Source: Candidatus Poribacteria bacterium
Lineage (GTDB): Bacteria; Poribacteria; WGA-4E; PCPOR2b
Reading direction: 5' to 3'
Assembly (NCBI GenBank): GCA_965208675.1
Contig: OZ242351.1
Coordinates: forward strand, 4,160,001 to 4,224,000
DNA length: 64,000 nucleotides
Below the pieces are notes generated by a model. That model was not told where the DNA came from and did not search any database. It saw only the letters and a list, made by a program, of their open reading frames with translations. Below are positions 9,818-20,409 of this stretch, piece by piece (positions within the stretch are counted from its first letter, which is position 1; each line of letters starts with the position of its first letter). The translations under genes were made by a program, and so were the position numbers.

Positions 9818-9973
9818 ATGACAGATAGTAATCATCAACAGGATTTGGCTGCACAAATTAAAAGCTACCATGAGGCAGGTGAATTTGTTAAGGCTTTAGA
9901 GATTAGTGCACGCGCAGTGGAATCTAGTCGTAGGGACTTGGATGTTTGGGGGATTGGCAATACAGTCATTTAG
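9818..9973 (+). pseudogene. 51-codon stub resembling the N-terminus of a TPR protein
   Basis: GAGGGG RBS, MTDSNHQQDLAAQIKSYHEAGEFVKALEISARAVESSRRDLDVW then stop; TPR-like G.F.KAL....RA pattern. Confidence 0.4.
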
Positions 9974-10142
9974 GTTCACATCTCATAAGCGGTCAGCCGT
10001 TGATTTGGCTGGTTGAAGCACTGCTAGCAGATTGAAAACTCAAGACGTGTAGGTTCAGTGTGAATCCGATATAAGTGAGCCGCAGTCGTAATATCCACAA
10101 TTTGCCAACTGCTCTCACTGGCGACAGAGGAGTCCATCTCTC

Positions 10143-10616
10143 ATGAGACAATTTACCGACGCTGAAAAACAGTTAATGCAAGCCAAGATTTATGACCAAC
10201 AAGACCGGCGTCATCAGACGGTCAGAGAAATTGCCCGGCGACGCGATGGAAAAAAACGGGAATCGCCCGCGTGGAAATATGGTTTCTTGGGAGTCATCCT
10301 CTGTCTACTCGCTGTCAACGTGATTCATCTACTGAATCGGCGGCTTTTAGGTTTTGACCAATTTGGTACTCTCGTGGTCGCTTTGATGCTCTTATTTAAT
10401 CACATCGCAGATTACTTCACGAAAACAGGTTGGCAAAGACGTGTGATGACAACGGTTGCTCGGGTTTGGCTTGTATTGGTTTTGGTCTACGGAGTTTGGA
10501 TTCTTTCTGAGGTCTCCATTCCATTGATGGTTGGTTATTTGGTTCTAATAATAATCCTATTTCTAGTGTGGCCGGATTCACATTGGCGGAAGATTTGCGG
10601 TAAAAACTCTCGCTAA
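10143..10616 (+). CDS. hypothetical membrane protein, paralogue 1 of a tandem triplet
   Basis: MRQFTDAEKQ N-terminal coiled coil plus about 4 TM helices; shares WKYGFLGVILCLLA, LMLLFNHIA, GWQ.RVM motifs with the neighbours. Confidence 0.8.
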   Translation: MRQFTDAEKQLMQAKIYDQQDRRHQTVREIARRRDGKKRESPAWKYGFLGVILCLLAVNVIHLLNRRLLGFDQFGTLVVALMLLFNHIADYFTKTGWQRRVMTTVARVWLVLVLVYGVWILSEVSIPLMVGYLVLIIILFLVWPDSHWRKICGKNSR

Positions 10617-10812
10617 ATCTGAATTAATGTCGATGGTTGAAACGAGGATCATAAACAAATCTGTTGCATGGATTCGGGTTATTCTTGCGCTTGCACCGTT
10701 TGTGTATTGTGGCTGGTATTCGTTGCTCGCCCACGTCGAAGAAGGTGGAAGACTATCGAAAATTTAAAAAGCGGTCAACCGAATTCCACGGTGCCCTAGG
10801 AGGTCATTTCCG

Positions 10813-11292
10813 ATGAGGGAATTTACCGACGCTGAAAAACAGGAGTTGCAAGCCAAGATTAAAGACGAGCAAGAACGGCAAAAGCAGTTAGCCGAACAAC
10901 TTGCTCAACAAAAAGACGGAGCGCCGCAAAAGACTTCAACTGCGGGTAAATATATATATTTGGGGTTTGTTCTGTGTCTGCTCGCGTTCAACGTGTTTAT
11001 CCTGCTAAATGTGCGGCATATCGGTCTTGACAAATTTGGCGGTCTGATATTTGTGTTGTGGGCTTTATTCGATTGCATCGCAGTTTACTTCACGAAAACG
11101 GGTTGGCAGAGACTCGTGATGAAAACCGCGGCTCGGATGTGGTTCATATTCATGTTTGCGTACGGGCTTTGGATTCTTGCTAAGGTGTCGTTCCCATTGA
11201 CGGCAATTTGGGCGGCTATGATTGTCTTGTTGAGCGTTTGTCGGATTTCAATTTGGCGGCCAATCTTCGGTAAAAATTCGCGATACCGATGA
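10813..11292 (+). CDS. hypothetical membrane protein, paralogue 2
   Basis: MREFTDAEKQ..., YFTKTGWQRLVMKT; AGGAGGT RBS. Confidence 0.8.
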   Translation: MREFTDAEKQELQAKIKDEQERQKQLAEQLAQQKDGAPQKTSTAGKYIYLGFVLCLLAFNVFILLNVRHIGLDKFGGLIFVLWALFDCIAVYFTKTGWQRLVMKTAARMWFIFMFAYGLWILAKVSFPLTAIWAAMIVLLSVCRISIWRPIFGKNSRYR

Positions 11293-11487
11293 ATGGTGCC
11301 GATGGTTGAAACAGGAATGGTAATCAGGACAGTTGTATGAACTCGGAATGCGTGAATATGTGGTTCAATCCATTATGTAATGTGGCTCGTATTCGTTGCC
11401 TAACCAACCGTGGCGTAGGATAGACGATGTCCGCATGTTCCACTACAAATCAACAATTCTCTACTGCGCTAAAGGAGGTCATCTCCC

Positions 11488-12048
11488 ATGCGGCAATTTA
11501 CCGACGCTGAAAAATAGTTGCTGCGAGCCAAGATTAAAGACGAACAGGAACGGCGAGATCAGGCAGTTAATGAGATTGCGGCAAGAATAAAAGAAGATGC
11601 GTTAAAGAACCGAGTAGTGAGCCGAACTCCGACCGCGTTAGGTTCTTTTAACCGGACTGTGCCCGTATTGGGTTCTATCTGGAAATATGGTTTTCTGGGG
11701 GTTATTCTCTGCCTTCTCGCCTTAAATTTGATTCTCGCGTTATTCTGGGAAGATACTTCATATGACCGATACGCGCATCCTAAGTACGCGGGAGTCGTGG
11801 TAGCGTTGATGCTCCTATTTAATCACATAGCATTTTACTATACAACAATCGGTTGGCAAAGTCGCGTTATGAAAACAGTTGCATGGATATGGATATTTGT
11901 TGGATGCGCTTATATACTCTGGCTTCTAGGAACATTCATCGCCGATACAATCGTTCCAATTCACGGCGTGCTGGGCGATTGGAATTTTGTTGTTAGAATA
12001 ATGGCGGGTTTCGCTACTTCTTATGCGAGTTGGCGTATTCCGTACTAG
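11488..12048 (+). pseudogene. paralogue 3 with premature TAG at codon 10
   Basis: AAGGAGG RBS, ATG CGG CAA TTT ACC GAC GCT GAA AAA TAG(11515-11517) TTG...; paralogues have CAG at this codon; downstream frame 11518-12048 is intact. Confidence 0.8.
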
Positions 12049-12269
12049 TTACGTACAACAATAGCGTTTTGAAGATTTTCTGTCAATTTACTCAAACTGG
12101 ATGAAAAACAGTCCTTGTTGACAGAAACTGGTGATCACCGTAGAATATTAATGGAAGTGAATTAACCGCAATCAGAAAATACCGCTTGTACGGACAGATA
12201 GTCGGTGCGAACGGGGAGCTTGAGATGACATGGCGGTATATCGAGAGTTTCCGGTGTTCAAATCAGGTC

Positions 12270-12948
12270 AGCGACATATATCATCCAAGGAGGCGTAGTC
12301 AAGGACGTATCGGGGAACGGCTATGACGGCGCCCTTGGCGGCGATCCGCAACAGGTTGACGGCGTGTTCGGGAAAGCACTGGTGTGCGGCGGTGATGACT
12401 TCGTCGATTTGGGGGATAATCGCTTTTTATTTGATGAGTAAACTATACTGTTTTGGGCGAATCAGATTTGCGCCGACTGTTGCCCAACTTATTTCGTTGT
12501 AAGAGAAGCAGATGGCAACGCCTGCGGTGTATTTGCCGCGCGGCCGCCAAAAACTGTGCGCGCTTTTTGCTTTAAGCCTCCTAAATTTGGTGAAGAGGCA
12601 ATCGTACAAAAGGGTGCCATAGAAGATGATGATTGGCATCATATCGCCGCGGTGTTCAGTGGTGTTTCCGGGCGGGAACTTTACATTGATGGCGAACTCG
12701 CAGCGAGCAATGAAAAGTTCAAATCAAGTTTTGATGATTTGAAAGGGACAAATACGTTTATTGCTCGCGGTAGAACGCTTAATCCCATTGAACAGGTATA
12801 GGACGCCATTGACGAATTCGCTATCGTGAAAAAGGCTTTGACTGATGCGGAGATTAAACTGAGCCTAAAAGGTTTGGCGGAAATATTAGCCGTTCAACCT
12901 TCAAGCAAACTCACGACGACATGGGCGTGGATTAAAACTACTCCATGA
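12270..12948 (+). pseudogene. LamG/concanavalin-like protein pseudogene with TTW tail
   Basis: One frame reads VVKDVSGNGYDG...GVFGKAL...DDWHHIAAV...LYIDGEL...IDEFAI...LAVQPSSKLTTTWAWIK with in-frame TAA 12439-12441 and TAG 12799-12801; no start or signal peptide. Confidence 0.85.
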
Positions 12949-13031
12949 ATTTTCACAGATAGAAACCGCTCCATGTTCGATAATTGGGCTCACCACAGAC
13001 TTGCTGCTAACGGAAAAGGGTAAACACTCCG

Positions 13032-13994
13032 ATGCGTTATCTGGTCACGGGCGGCAGTGGTTTTATTGGGGCCTACGTCGTCCATGAGTTACTCAAGCGT
13101 AGGCATGAGCCATTTATTTACGACACTCTCGTGAGCGGAAATACGCTGTCTCTTCTGCTTGAATCACGGACACTGTCAGGGAAACAAATCATCTCTGGTT
13201 CGACACGCGATTTTCACCACCTTCTCACTGTCTTAAAAGAAAACCAAGTTCAGAAAATCATACACGTCGCCTCGCCGCTCAGCCCAGTGACCGAACCGTT
13301 CCCGTCCGTAGCCGTCAAAGACATTTGCCTGGGCATGATGAACGTTCTCGAAGCGGCACGGTTGTGTGAGATTGAGCGGGTGGTTTGGGCTAGTTCAGTG
13401 GCAGTTTTTGGACCTGTTGGATGCTATGCCGGCTCCGTTTCAGATGCATCAACTCACCATCCACAGAGCCTTTACGGTGCCTCTAAGTCCTACGCGGAAT
13501 TTCTCGGCCGCCATTACTTTGAGAAATTTCAGGTGGATTCTGTAGGGTTGCGTTATATGTTTGTTTATGGGGCGGGAAGACAGCGGGGAAGCGGCATGTT
13601 CTGGAGCGATGTTATTGAATCGTCGCTACAGGGGCGTCCGTGCGAAGCGCCGTGCGGTGATGAGGTTTTCACATGGCAGTATGTGGAGGATGTTGCGGAA
13701 TTAACGGCACTTGCCGCTGAATCCGGCAGATTTGAAGGTCAATCTGTGAATACTCCTGGCGATTACCAATCCATGAAGTACATGAGAGACTGCATAAAGG
13801 ACTTTATCCCTTCGGCTCAAATTCACCTGAAACCGGGACGCACCGATATCACTTGGAACTGTAAGGCGGACACGGTGGAAACGGTGTTAGGATTCAGACC
13901 TTAATATGGCGTAAAGGCGGGGGTGGCGCGGTCTATCGAGCTTATGAAACTTCAGAACGCAGACGAAGTGTTGCACACCGCTTTTCCAATATAA
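13032..13994 (+). pseudogene. NAD-dependent epimerase/dehydratase (extended SDR), probably truncated by a premature TAA at 13902-13904
   Basis: GGSGFIG, YGASK motifs; after LGFRP* the same frame continues YGVKAGVARSIELM...TAA 13992-13994, the normal final helix of this family; the 290-aa product may still be partly functional. Confidence 0.65.
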
Positions 13995-14020
13995 CGAAGA
14001 TTACTTAGGAGTATCACACG

Positions 14021-14854
14021 ATGAAGCTGTCACTTTCTGCACGGATTGCAGAATCGTTTTATGACAAAACGATAGCCGCCCTGCCATTTGAGGATGTTGC
14101 GCAACTGGCGAAGGAAAACGGCTATCTTGCAATTTGTATGCGGGCGTCCGTAGCTGGCATACAGTCGTCAACAGACCGCGTCAAATCAGTCCGTCAAACA
14201 CTCGACCAGCAAGGGCTTAGGGTATCAATGGTGACGGGTGACTTCGCGATCCCAGAGAATCTCGAACCTGGCCCTGGCGTACTACGGGACATTACCCCTT
14301 ACCTTAATCTCGCTGAAGCGTTTGCGTGCGACCTGTTACGGGTTTGCATGAAAAGAGAAGAGGACATCGCTTGGGCGCAGCGTGCATCCGATGAAGCTGC
14401 GGAACGCGGCATGCGCCTCGCCCATCAATGCCACGTTGCGAGTTTGTTCGAGACGATTGAAGGCTCGTTGGATGTACTGGAGCGTGTGGACCGCCCAAAT
14501 TTCGGGATTATTTATGAACCGGCGAACCTCAAAATGTGCGGTGAAACGTATGGAATAGATGCGCTCACGGCTTTCAAACCTTATCTTTTCAATGTTTACC
14601 TCCAGAATTATCTGGACAATCCGGACGGTAAAGCGCACATCGAAACGTGGGTGCGTGGTATGTTCTATTTTGACCACATTCCTCTTCACGACCCCCGCGG
14701 GGTGGATTGGCGCGAGGTCTTTGACGCACTGGATGCAGTCGGTTATGACGGATACGTCACCGTCCACCAAGCTCTCGCTGAAATCATGACGCCAGCAGAA
14801 GCGGCACAAGTCAGCGCGGACTTTCTGCGTTCACTGCGTGAAACTGACCTGTAA
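14021..14854 (+). CDS. sugar-phosphate isomerase/epimerase (xylose-isomerase-like TIM barrel)
   Basis: RPNFGIIYEPANL, GVDWREVFDALDAVGYDGYVTV motifs. Confidence 0.85.
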   Translation: MKLSLSARIAESFYDKTIAALPFEDVAQLAKENGYLAICMRASVAGIQSSTDRVKSVRQTLDQQGLRVSMVTGDFAIPENLEPGPGVLRDITPYLNLAEAFACDLLRVCMKREEDIAWAQRASDEAAERGMRLAHQCHVASLFETIEGSLDVLERVDRPNFGIIYEPANLKMCGETYGIDALTAFKPYLFNVYLQNYLDNPDGKAHIETWVRGMFYFDHIPLHDPRGVDWREVFDALDAVGYDGYVTVHQALAEIMTPAEAAQVSADFLRSLRETDL

Positions 14855-15143
14855 ATCCTATCGGCTAACACACCTGAATGTTGCCCCTTACACCGGCACG
14901 ATTACGTGACAACCTTCAACGGAGTTGCCCGGATGTAGACAACAATCTTGACATTGAGTTAATTAGGAAAGATGTCTATAGAAAGATACACCGCTTTCGA
15001 CGTCAGATAATGTGGTGCTGTTCAACATTCTTATGCCGATTTCGTACCGTGAGCGTTGGAGTTTTCACGTTCATTATCCAAACAACGTCACTCAATATCC
15101 GTTATCCGGGAAATCGCGGATTGCGAACTAAGGAGGAACAACA

Positions 15144-15959
15144 GTGAGAAAAGCACACAATCTATTGGTGTCGGTAAGTGTTTGTTCACTTATGGTTGCT
15201 GTTACCTTTGTCGTGGGAGGCGGCGCTGAGATTGACACAGCGCATGTGGTTGGCGCTTGGCTGCTGGACGAGAACGAAGGTGGCGTTGCTAAGGACGCGT
15301 CCGGCGGCGGCAATGACGGCAGGTTGCTGAAGGGCGCCAAGTGGCACGCAGGTAAGTTCGGGGCTGCGCTCTTGTTCGATGGCGTGGACGATGCTGTGCA
15401 AATACCGAGCAGCGCCGGGGACAAGTTGAATCCCGATACGCAGATTACACTTGCGGCGTGGATCCAACGCCGCGATGCCCAGGAATCTCCGGGTTACATG
15501 ATTATCGGAAGAATGGACACTGCGCAGTCGCGAACTTACTACCTCGCGTTCTGGCAAAACAGGTTTCAGATGGAGGTCTCGCACAATGGGACGGTGGGTA
15601 ACCGCACGGTGATGGAGTCGATTGAAGAGATAGTCGACATGGAGTGGCATCATTTAGCCGGTACGTACGATGGCGAGAACATGCTAATCTATGTCGATGG
15701 CGTTCCGGCGGGCAAGGCTCCACCGTTTATAGCTGGCAAGGGAGGGATTCACCAGAATGACTCCGATGTTTACATCGGGTACGACGAGGTGGACGGCGGT
15801 TTGTTCTTTGACGGCCTCATTGACGAAGTCATCATACTAAACATCGCACTGGCTGAGAAGGATATCGTCACGTTGATGGAGGACGGTCTCAGGCAAACGC
15901 TGTCGGTATCGTCGCCGGAAACTCTCGCCATTCTTTGGGCAACTCTCAAACGCAGTTAG
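15144..15959 (+). CDS. secreted LamG-domain protein with degenerate TTW tail
   Basis: Signal peptide; WLLDE..G.VAKDASGGGNDG, GKFGAALLFDG, WHHLAGTYDG, FDGLIDEV; tail LSVSSPETLAILWATLKRS. Confidence 0.9.
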   Translation: MRKAHNLLVSVSVCSLMVAVTFVVGGGAEIDTAHVVGAWLLDENEGGVAKDASGGGNDGRLLKGAKWHAGKFGAALLFDGVDDAVQIPSSAGDKLNPDTQITLAAWIQRRDAQESPGYMIIGRMDTAQSRTYYLAFWQNRFQMEVSHNGTVGNRTVMESIEEIVDMEWHHLAGTYDGENMLIYVDGVPAGKAPPFIAGKGGIHQNDSDVYIGYDEVDGGLFFDGLIDEVIILNIALAEKDIVTLMEDGLRQTLSVSSPETLAILWATLKRS

Positions 15960-16100
15960 CCCTGACATACACGCTGTGCTGAGACAGAGACCTGCGTTTT
16001 TTCCTCTGTGAAGCGGGCAGCTGTCTAGGAAGGAGGATAACGGCGCGATTGGCCAGTCACTCATAGTTTTAATTTTGGTTGCGATAGCCAACCCGACAAG

Positions 16101-16256
16101 ATGAGTACAAAGAAAATTGCGGCATGGTCGATACCAGAGCAAGCTGTAACGATCGTCCTTGGCAAAGGCGCGGCAGACCTCGAAATGTACGCATCAAGTG
16201 AATTGGTCAAATACCTCACTGGCTGCCAGAGCGAACTCGGCGCGCACACTTATTGA
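16101..16256 (+). pseudogene. 51-codon stub resembling the N-terminal module of GH67/GH20b/DUF4838-type proteins
   Basis: MSTKKIAAWSIPEQAVTIVLGKGAADLEMYASSELVKYLTG then stop; IV....A...E.YA..EL.KYL pattern. Confidence 0.4.
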
Positions 16257-16296
16257 GGACTTCACAATTTTTGTGGACAAGGAGGCATTACCTACC

Positions 16297-17001
16297 GTGC
16301 GTTCTATCGTAACAACACGGCAACGGAAAAACAACCTAGACTCTAGAATCCGATAAGAGCCGGTACCAACTTTTTCGGACGCTGCAAATTACGCGGATAT
16401 ATGTAATCAATTGTGCACAAGAGACAAGCAACTCGCGAAAGTGATTCATTTGGTAGGACCATGCGGTTTGGCTGAGAACCGTGCCGGTTTTGATTTCTTG
16501 ATTGATGCTATAATTGGACAACAACTGTCAAAGACAGCAGCAGACGCAATAATTAGGCGATTTCGAATGTTGTTTACATCGGGACACGCCACGCCAAAAC
16601 AGTTTATATCTCTGCCGAGACAGGATGTGCTCAATACAGGAATCTCGAATCGGAAATACGATTACATGCTTGAATTAGCCCAGATGACTGACAGCAAGCA
16701 GTTGCGGTTTTCGCAATTACATCGTGAGGATGACTCCACAATCCGCCGCTTGCTCAAGGAAGTAAATGGCATTGGCGACTGGACTGTCGATATGTACTTG
16801 CTTTTTGGTCTCGCTAGGTTGGACGTGTTTCCTGTCCACGATCTCGCGCTTAGAAATGTCATGTCTACCATTTACGATTTCAAGGTCGGTGATTTGGAAA
16901 CGGCCAAGAAGATAGCACAGAAATGGAAGCCATACCGCAGCATTGGATCCTGGTACCTTTACAAGTTCCGGAACATGCCAACGCAAAGCCCTGCAACTTG
17001 A
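16297..17001 (+). CDS. alkA: DNA-3-methyladenine glycosylase II (AlkA/HhH-GPD family); possible in-frame TAA at 16354-16356
   Basis: IIGQQLS, GIGDWTVDMYLLF, FPVHDLAL, WKPYRS motifs; AAGGAGG RBS plus GTG 16297 is in frame but interrupted by TAA; the ORF track restarts at TTG 16411. Confidence 0.8.
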
Positions 17002-17514
17002 AGATGCGTTACATCGGGCGATTGATTCGAGAAATTCTCAACATCGAGGGCGGCGGCAGAGTATTTCAAGCTACATTCACGATTACGGAACCGAAATCTT
17101 GAGGACATTTGATGAAGAGTTGTCTGACAACGCGGTTGACGATTGAATTTAGCGATGACTGATACGCGCGATAAGGAAACGGTTGGCGTCAGCGGAGAGG
17201 ACGCTTTTTTGGGTCAGATGGACAGTTTATGACGAGGACGACAAGGCCTCCTTAAAACTCGAGGCGGCAATGCTGGAGGTTTTCACAACTGGGCGCAATC
17301 GCCTATCGGACTTGTAAATGTTTCAATGGAAGCTTATCTATTATCCATGCGCCTCGTTAATTACGGGCGCCATTCTGTCGGTTAACGGCACTTACTCCGC
17401 CTCCCAGGGGATGCAGGTTGGGAATTGAGCGGCATTATTTCCAACCTTGCTCTGGTGATTTGTCCAGGTTCGCGACAGCACATTCATTTAGAAAGTCGGC
17501 ATTTGGAGAAAAAT

Positions 17515-18684
17515 GTGAAGGTGAATCCACAACAATTAATGGACGACGGGTATATCGTTATTCGCGAGTGTGTTCCGCGGGATCGCTTGGATTCGCTACG
17601 CGAAAATTATGAGACGCTAGTGAAACGCCAGGGCGGTGAATCTTGGTTAGCTGCGAGTGCTCAACCGCGGCTTGAGGCGAATCGCTTAGTTGATAAAACT
17701 ACTGCGGATACAGTTGAAATCTGGTTGCACGAAAACACCTTGGGTGTCAGTCAACAATTGCTGTGCCATCCGGAAGCGGGAGTCTCAAGAATGTGGATGA
17801 TGTGCAGCCCCACCCACGACCACGGACCTTCTAATTGGCATCGGGATGTCCACCCCATTGATATGGCGCCGCTGCGCGCACTTCAGATGGACATGGTAGA
17901 GAATATGCCCAGGTATCTTCAGTGGAACATCCCCCTCTACGACGATGACGTTTTTTGGGTGGTGCCCGGCAGTCACCGCCGCCTCAATACGGACGCTGAA
18001 AACCAGCAGTTACTTGATAATCCACGTGTCCCTTTACCGGATAGCATACCTGTGGACCTCAAAGCGGGCGATGGGGTTGTGTACAGCAACTTTCTGCTGC
18101 ACTGGGGCAGCAACTATAGTACGAAACTGCGGCGTACACTGCATGGGGGGCATTCAATTTTCATGTACTATCAAGATTTGGGATTTACGGAGTCGCTTTC
18201 GCCCGTCGCGCGGGAAGCGTTTGAAGGTTGGGGGCGGAGAAGCGCAACACTACAGAACTTGACGGAATCTGCGCTTCGTGCCATTATCGACAGAGATGCG
18301 GGCGCATACGTTGAAGCGCTCGAAGGAATTCAGCCGGGTGCCGGGGAAATGGGTAAGCTAGTATTGACAATATATCTCTGCAAAGCAGCGTATCACATTC
18401 ATATCTTGAAACGTCCGGACTTTGATAGTCTGCCCGATGAAGTTCGTAGACGTGCGGGAGAGGAACACATGATTACCCTCAACTGGGGACCAGAATTCAG
18501 CAATCGATTCTCGCAAGTCGAGTCTGATGCGCTTTGGACGCGGTTCGAGACTTTGGACGGAAAACTCCAGGCGGACCAGGAGTGCTTCGTACCGGGTTTT
18601 CAGTCAGGGCCAATGCGCTACTTTTTCGAAGAAATGCCGTCTAATTTCGGTTTAGAGGAGTTTATTGGTAGTTGGGGCGCCTAG
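17515..18684 (+). CDS. phytanoyl-CoA dioxygenase (PhyH) family 2OG-Fe(II) oxygenase
   Basis: WHRD, WVVPGSHRR, LKAGDGVVY..FLLHWG motifs; start placed at GTG 17515 after GGAG RBS. Confidence 0.88.
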   Translation: MKVNPQQLMDDGYIVIRECVPRDRLDSLRENYETLVKRQGGESWLAASAQPRLEANRLVDKTTADTVEIWLHENTLGVSQQLLCHPEAGVSRMWMMCSPTHDHGPSNWHRDVHPIDMAPLRALQMDMVENMPRYLQWNIPLYDDDVFWVVPGSHRRLNTDAENQQLLDNPRVPLPDSIPVDLKAGDGVVYSNFLLHWGSNYSTKLRRTLHGGHSIFMYYQDLGFTESLSPVAREAFEGWGRRSATLQNLTESALRAIIDRDAGAYVEALEGIQPGAGEMGKLVLTIYLCKAAYHIHILKRPDFDSLPDEVRRRAGEEHMITLNWGPEFSNRFSQVESDALWTRFETLDGKLQADQECFVPGFQSGPMRYFFEEMPSNFGLEEFIGSWGA

Positions 18685-18735
18685 TAGAGGTATGGGGAAT
18701 ACACCGAACAGTTTACCAAAGAAGGAGCTCTGGAA

Positions 18736-19881
18736 TTGAAAATCGTCAAGGTTGAACATTTTTTCCCGCGCCAGCGGGCGCGTCTAGTTAAAATCACGAC
18801 CGATAACGGCATAGTGGGATGGGGCGAAGCGACACTTGAAGGCAAACCCAAGAGCACCAGGGCAGCTGTTGAAGAACTGGCGGACTATCTAATCGGTAAA
18901 GATCCGCTGCGGATTGAGCAACATTGGCAATATATCTACCGGGGTGCGTTCTATCGAGGCGGGAGCGTGCTGATGAGCGCCTTGTCCGGTATCGATCAGG
19001 CATTATGGGACATCGCCGGGAAACACTACGGCGTGCCGGCCTACAAGTTGTTGGGCGACGCCGTGCGAGACCGCGTCCGGGTCTACGCCCACTGGGGCAT
19101 TGGCAGTATGACCGACGAAGGCAAAGCTCAGGCGCGAGACCGTCTCGAAGCGCTACAGAAGCAGGGTGGCTACAGCGTTTTCAAATCAGGTCCGGGCGGC
19201 AAGTGGCGGGGCCATGAACCGCCGGCAATGATTGACGCATTCGTCGAGCGGGCATATTTGATGCGAGAGTGGGTTGGGCCTGACGTAGAACTCGCCTTTG
19301 ATTTCCACGGCATGATGACCCCCGCACTTGCAATTGAGATTTGTCACGAATTAAAAGGCATGCGCCCGATGTTCGTGGAGGAGCCGGTACCCCAAGAGAA
19401 CATTGATGCGCTGAAGCTAGTATCGGACCGTGTCACCTTTCCGATTGCTACGGGCGAGCGCTTATTGTCGCGGTGGGAATTTCGGGAAATCTTTGAGAAA
19501 CAAGCGGTGGCTTATATCCAACCGGATGCCTCCCATGCCGGCGGCATCACGGAACTCAAAAAGATTGCCAACATGGCAGAAATCTATTATATGCACATCG
19601 CACCCCACTGTGCGATTGGACCGGTGGCGTTTTCCGCGTCGTTGCACGTTGATGCAGTAGTGCCCAACTTTTTGATTCAAGAACAGACAGATTGGGTTAT
19701 GGGCTCCGGCCTCTTGAAAGAAGATTGGCGAGTTAAAGATGGTTTCGTCGAGTTGCCAACGAATCCCGGCCTTGGCATTGAGATTGACGAAAAAGCGGCT
19801 GAACAGAATCTCGACACATACGCGGAAGAGTTGGGCGGCGAATTTTATCATGAGTCCGATGGTAGTTTGGTGGATTGGTAG
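18736..19881 (+). CDS. dgoD: galactonate dehydratase (mandelate racemase/enolase superfamily)
   Basis: GIVGWGEATLEG, ALSGIDQALWDIAGK, DFHG, PMFVEEP, IATGERL, QPDASHAGGITE, APHC. Confidence 0.85.
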   Translation: MKIVKVEHFFPRQRARLVKITTDNGIVGWGEATLEGKPKSTRAAVEELADYLIGKDPLRIEQHWQYIYRGAFYRGGSVLMSALSGIDQALWDIAGKHYGVPAYKLLGDAVRDRVRVYAHWGIGSMTDEGKAQARDRLEALQKQGGYSVFKSGPGGKWRGHEPPAMIDAFVERAYLMREWVGPDVELAFDFHGMMTPALAIEICHELKGMRPMFVEEPVPQENIDALKLVSDRVTFPIATGERLLSRWEFREIFEKQAVAYIQPDASHAGGITELKKIANMAEIYYMHIAPHCAIGPVAFSASLHVDAVVPNFLIQEQTDWVMGSGLLKEDWRVKDGFVELPTNPGLGIEIDEKAAEQNLDTYAEELGGEFYHESDGSLVDW

Positions 19882-19970
19882 CGGGATGGGCATAGTACAT
19901 ATTGTGGAGAAAGACATTGCCGAGACTACTGTCTCAGTTGTTTTAGGATTCGGGAGAATGGAAGGCTTCA

Positions 19971-20282
19971 ATGAACAGACTACTTGACCTCCAAAAACGA
20001 ATTGCTGACGAACGCAAGAAACGTGGATTTGTTACGGATCCTGTCAAGCTGGGGGTGCTTTTGACTGAGGAGATTGGGGAAATTGCTTCGGAACTCAAAC
20101 GGCATTGGTCTAAGAATTACGACGGAATTCGCACCGACCGGCTTAAAGAGGAGATCGCCGACGCCTTTGTAATACTTGCGGCTTTAGCAAATCAATTTGA
20201 TATAGACATTGAGGAGGCGGTGGAGAACAAGTTTTTCGACAAAGATGGCCAGAGAGATTGGAAGTCTGCGCAAACTCACTGA
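19971..20282 (+). CDS. MazG-like nucleotide pyrophosphohydrolase
   Basis: LTEEIGEIA...EEIAD all-alpha NTP-PPase motif. Confidence 0.85.
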   Translation: MNRLLDLQKRIADERKKRGFVTDPVKLGVLLTEEIGEIASELKRHWSKNYDGIRTDRLKEEIADAFVILAALANQFDIDIEEAVENKFFDKDGQRDWKSAQTH

Positions 20283-20409
20283 GATAAAAATGGAAAACAG
20301 AATCGCATTCAACTTAATCGGAAGGTTTGCCATCATCAACTTAGGATTTACTGTACCTCAAATCTCTACTTTGGCGGGCGAATTCGTACAAAAACCATAG
20401 GGCATTTAA

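Noticed and set aside
11515-16356. Stop-codon reassignment (TAG/TAA to Gln) as the explanation for the in-frame stops
   Set aside because: Conserved genes end normally at TAA or TAG (e.g. prpD, argB, pcm, ftsA, murC), so the standard code applies
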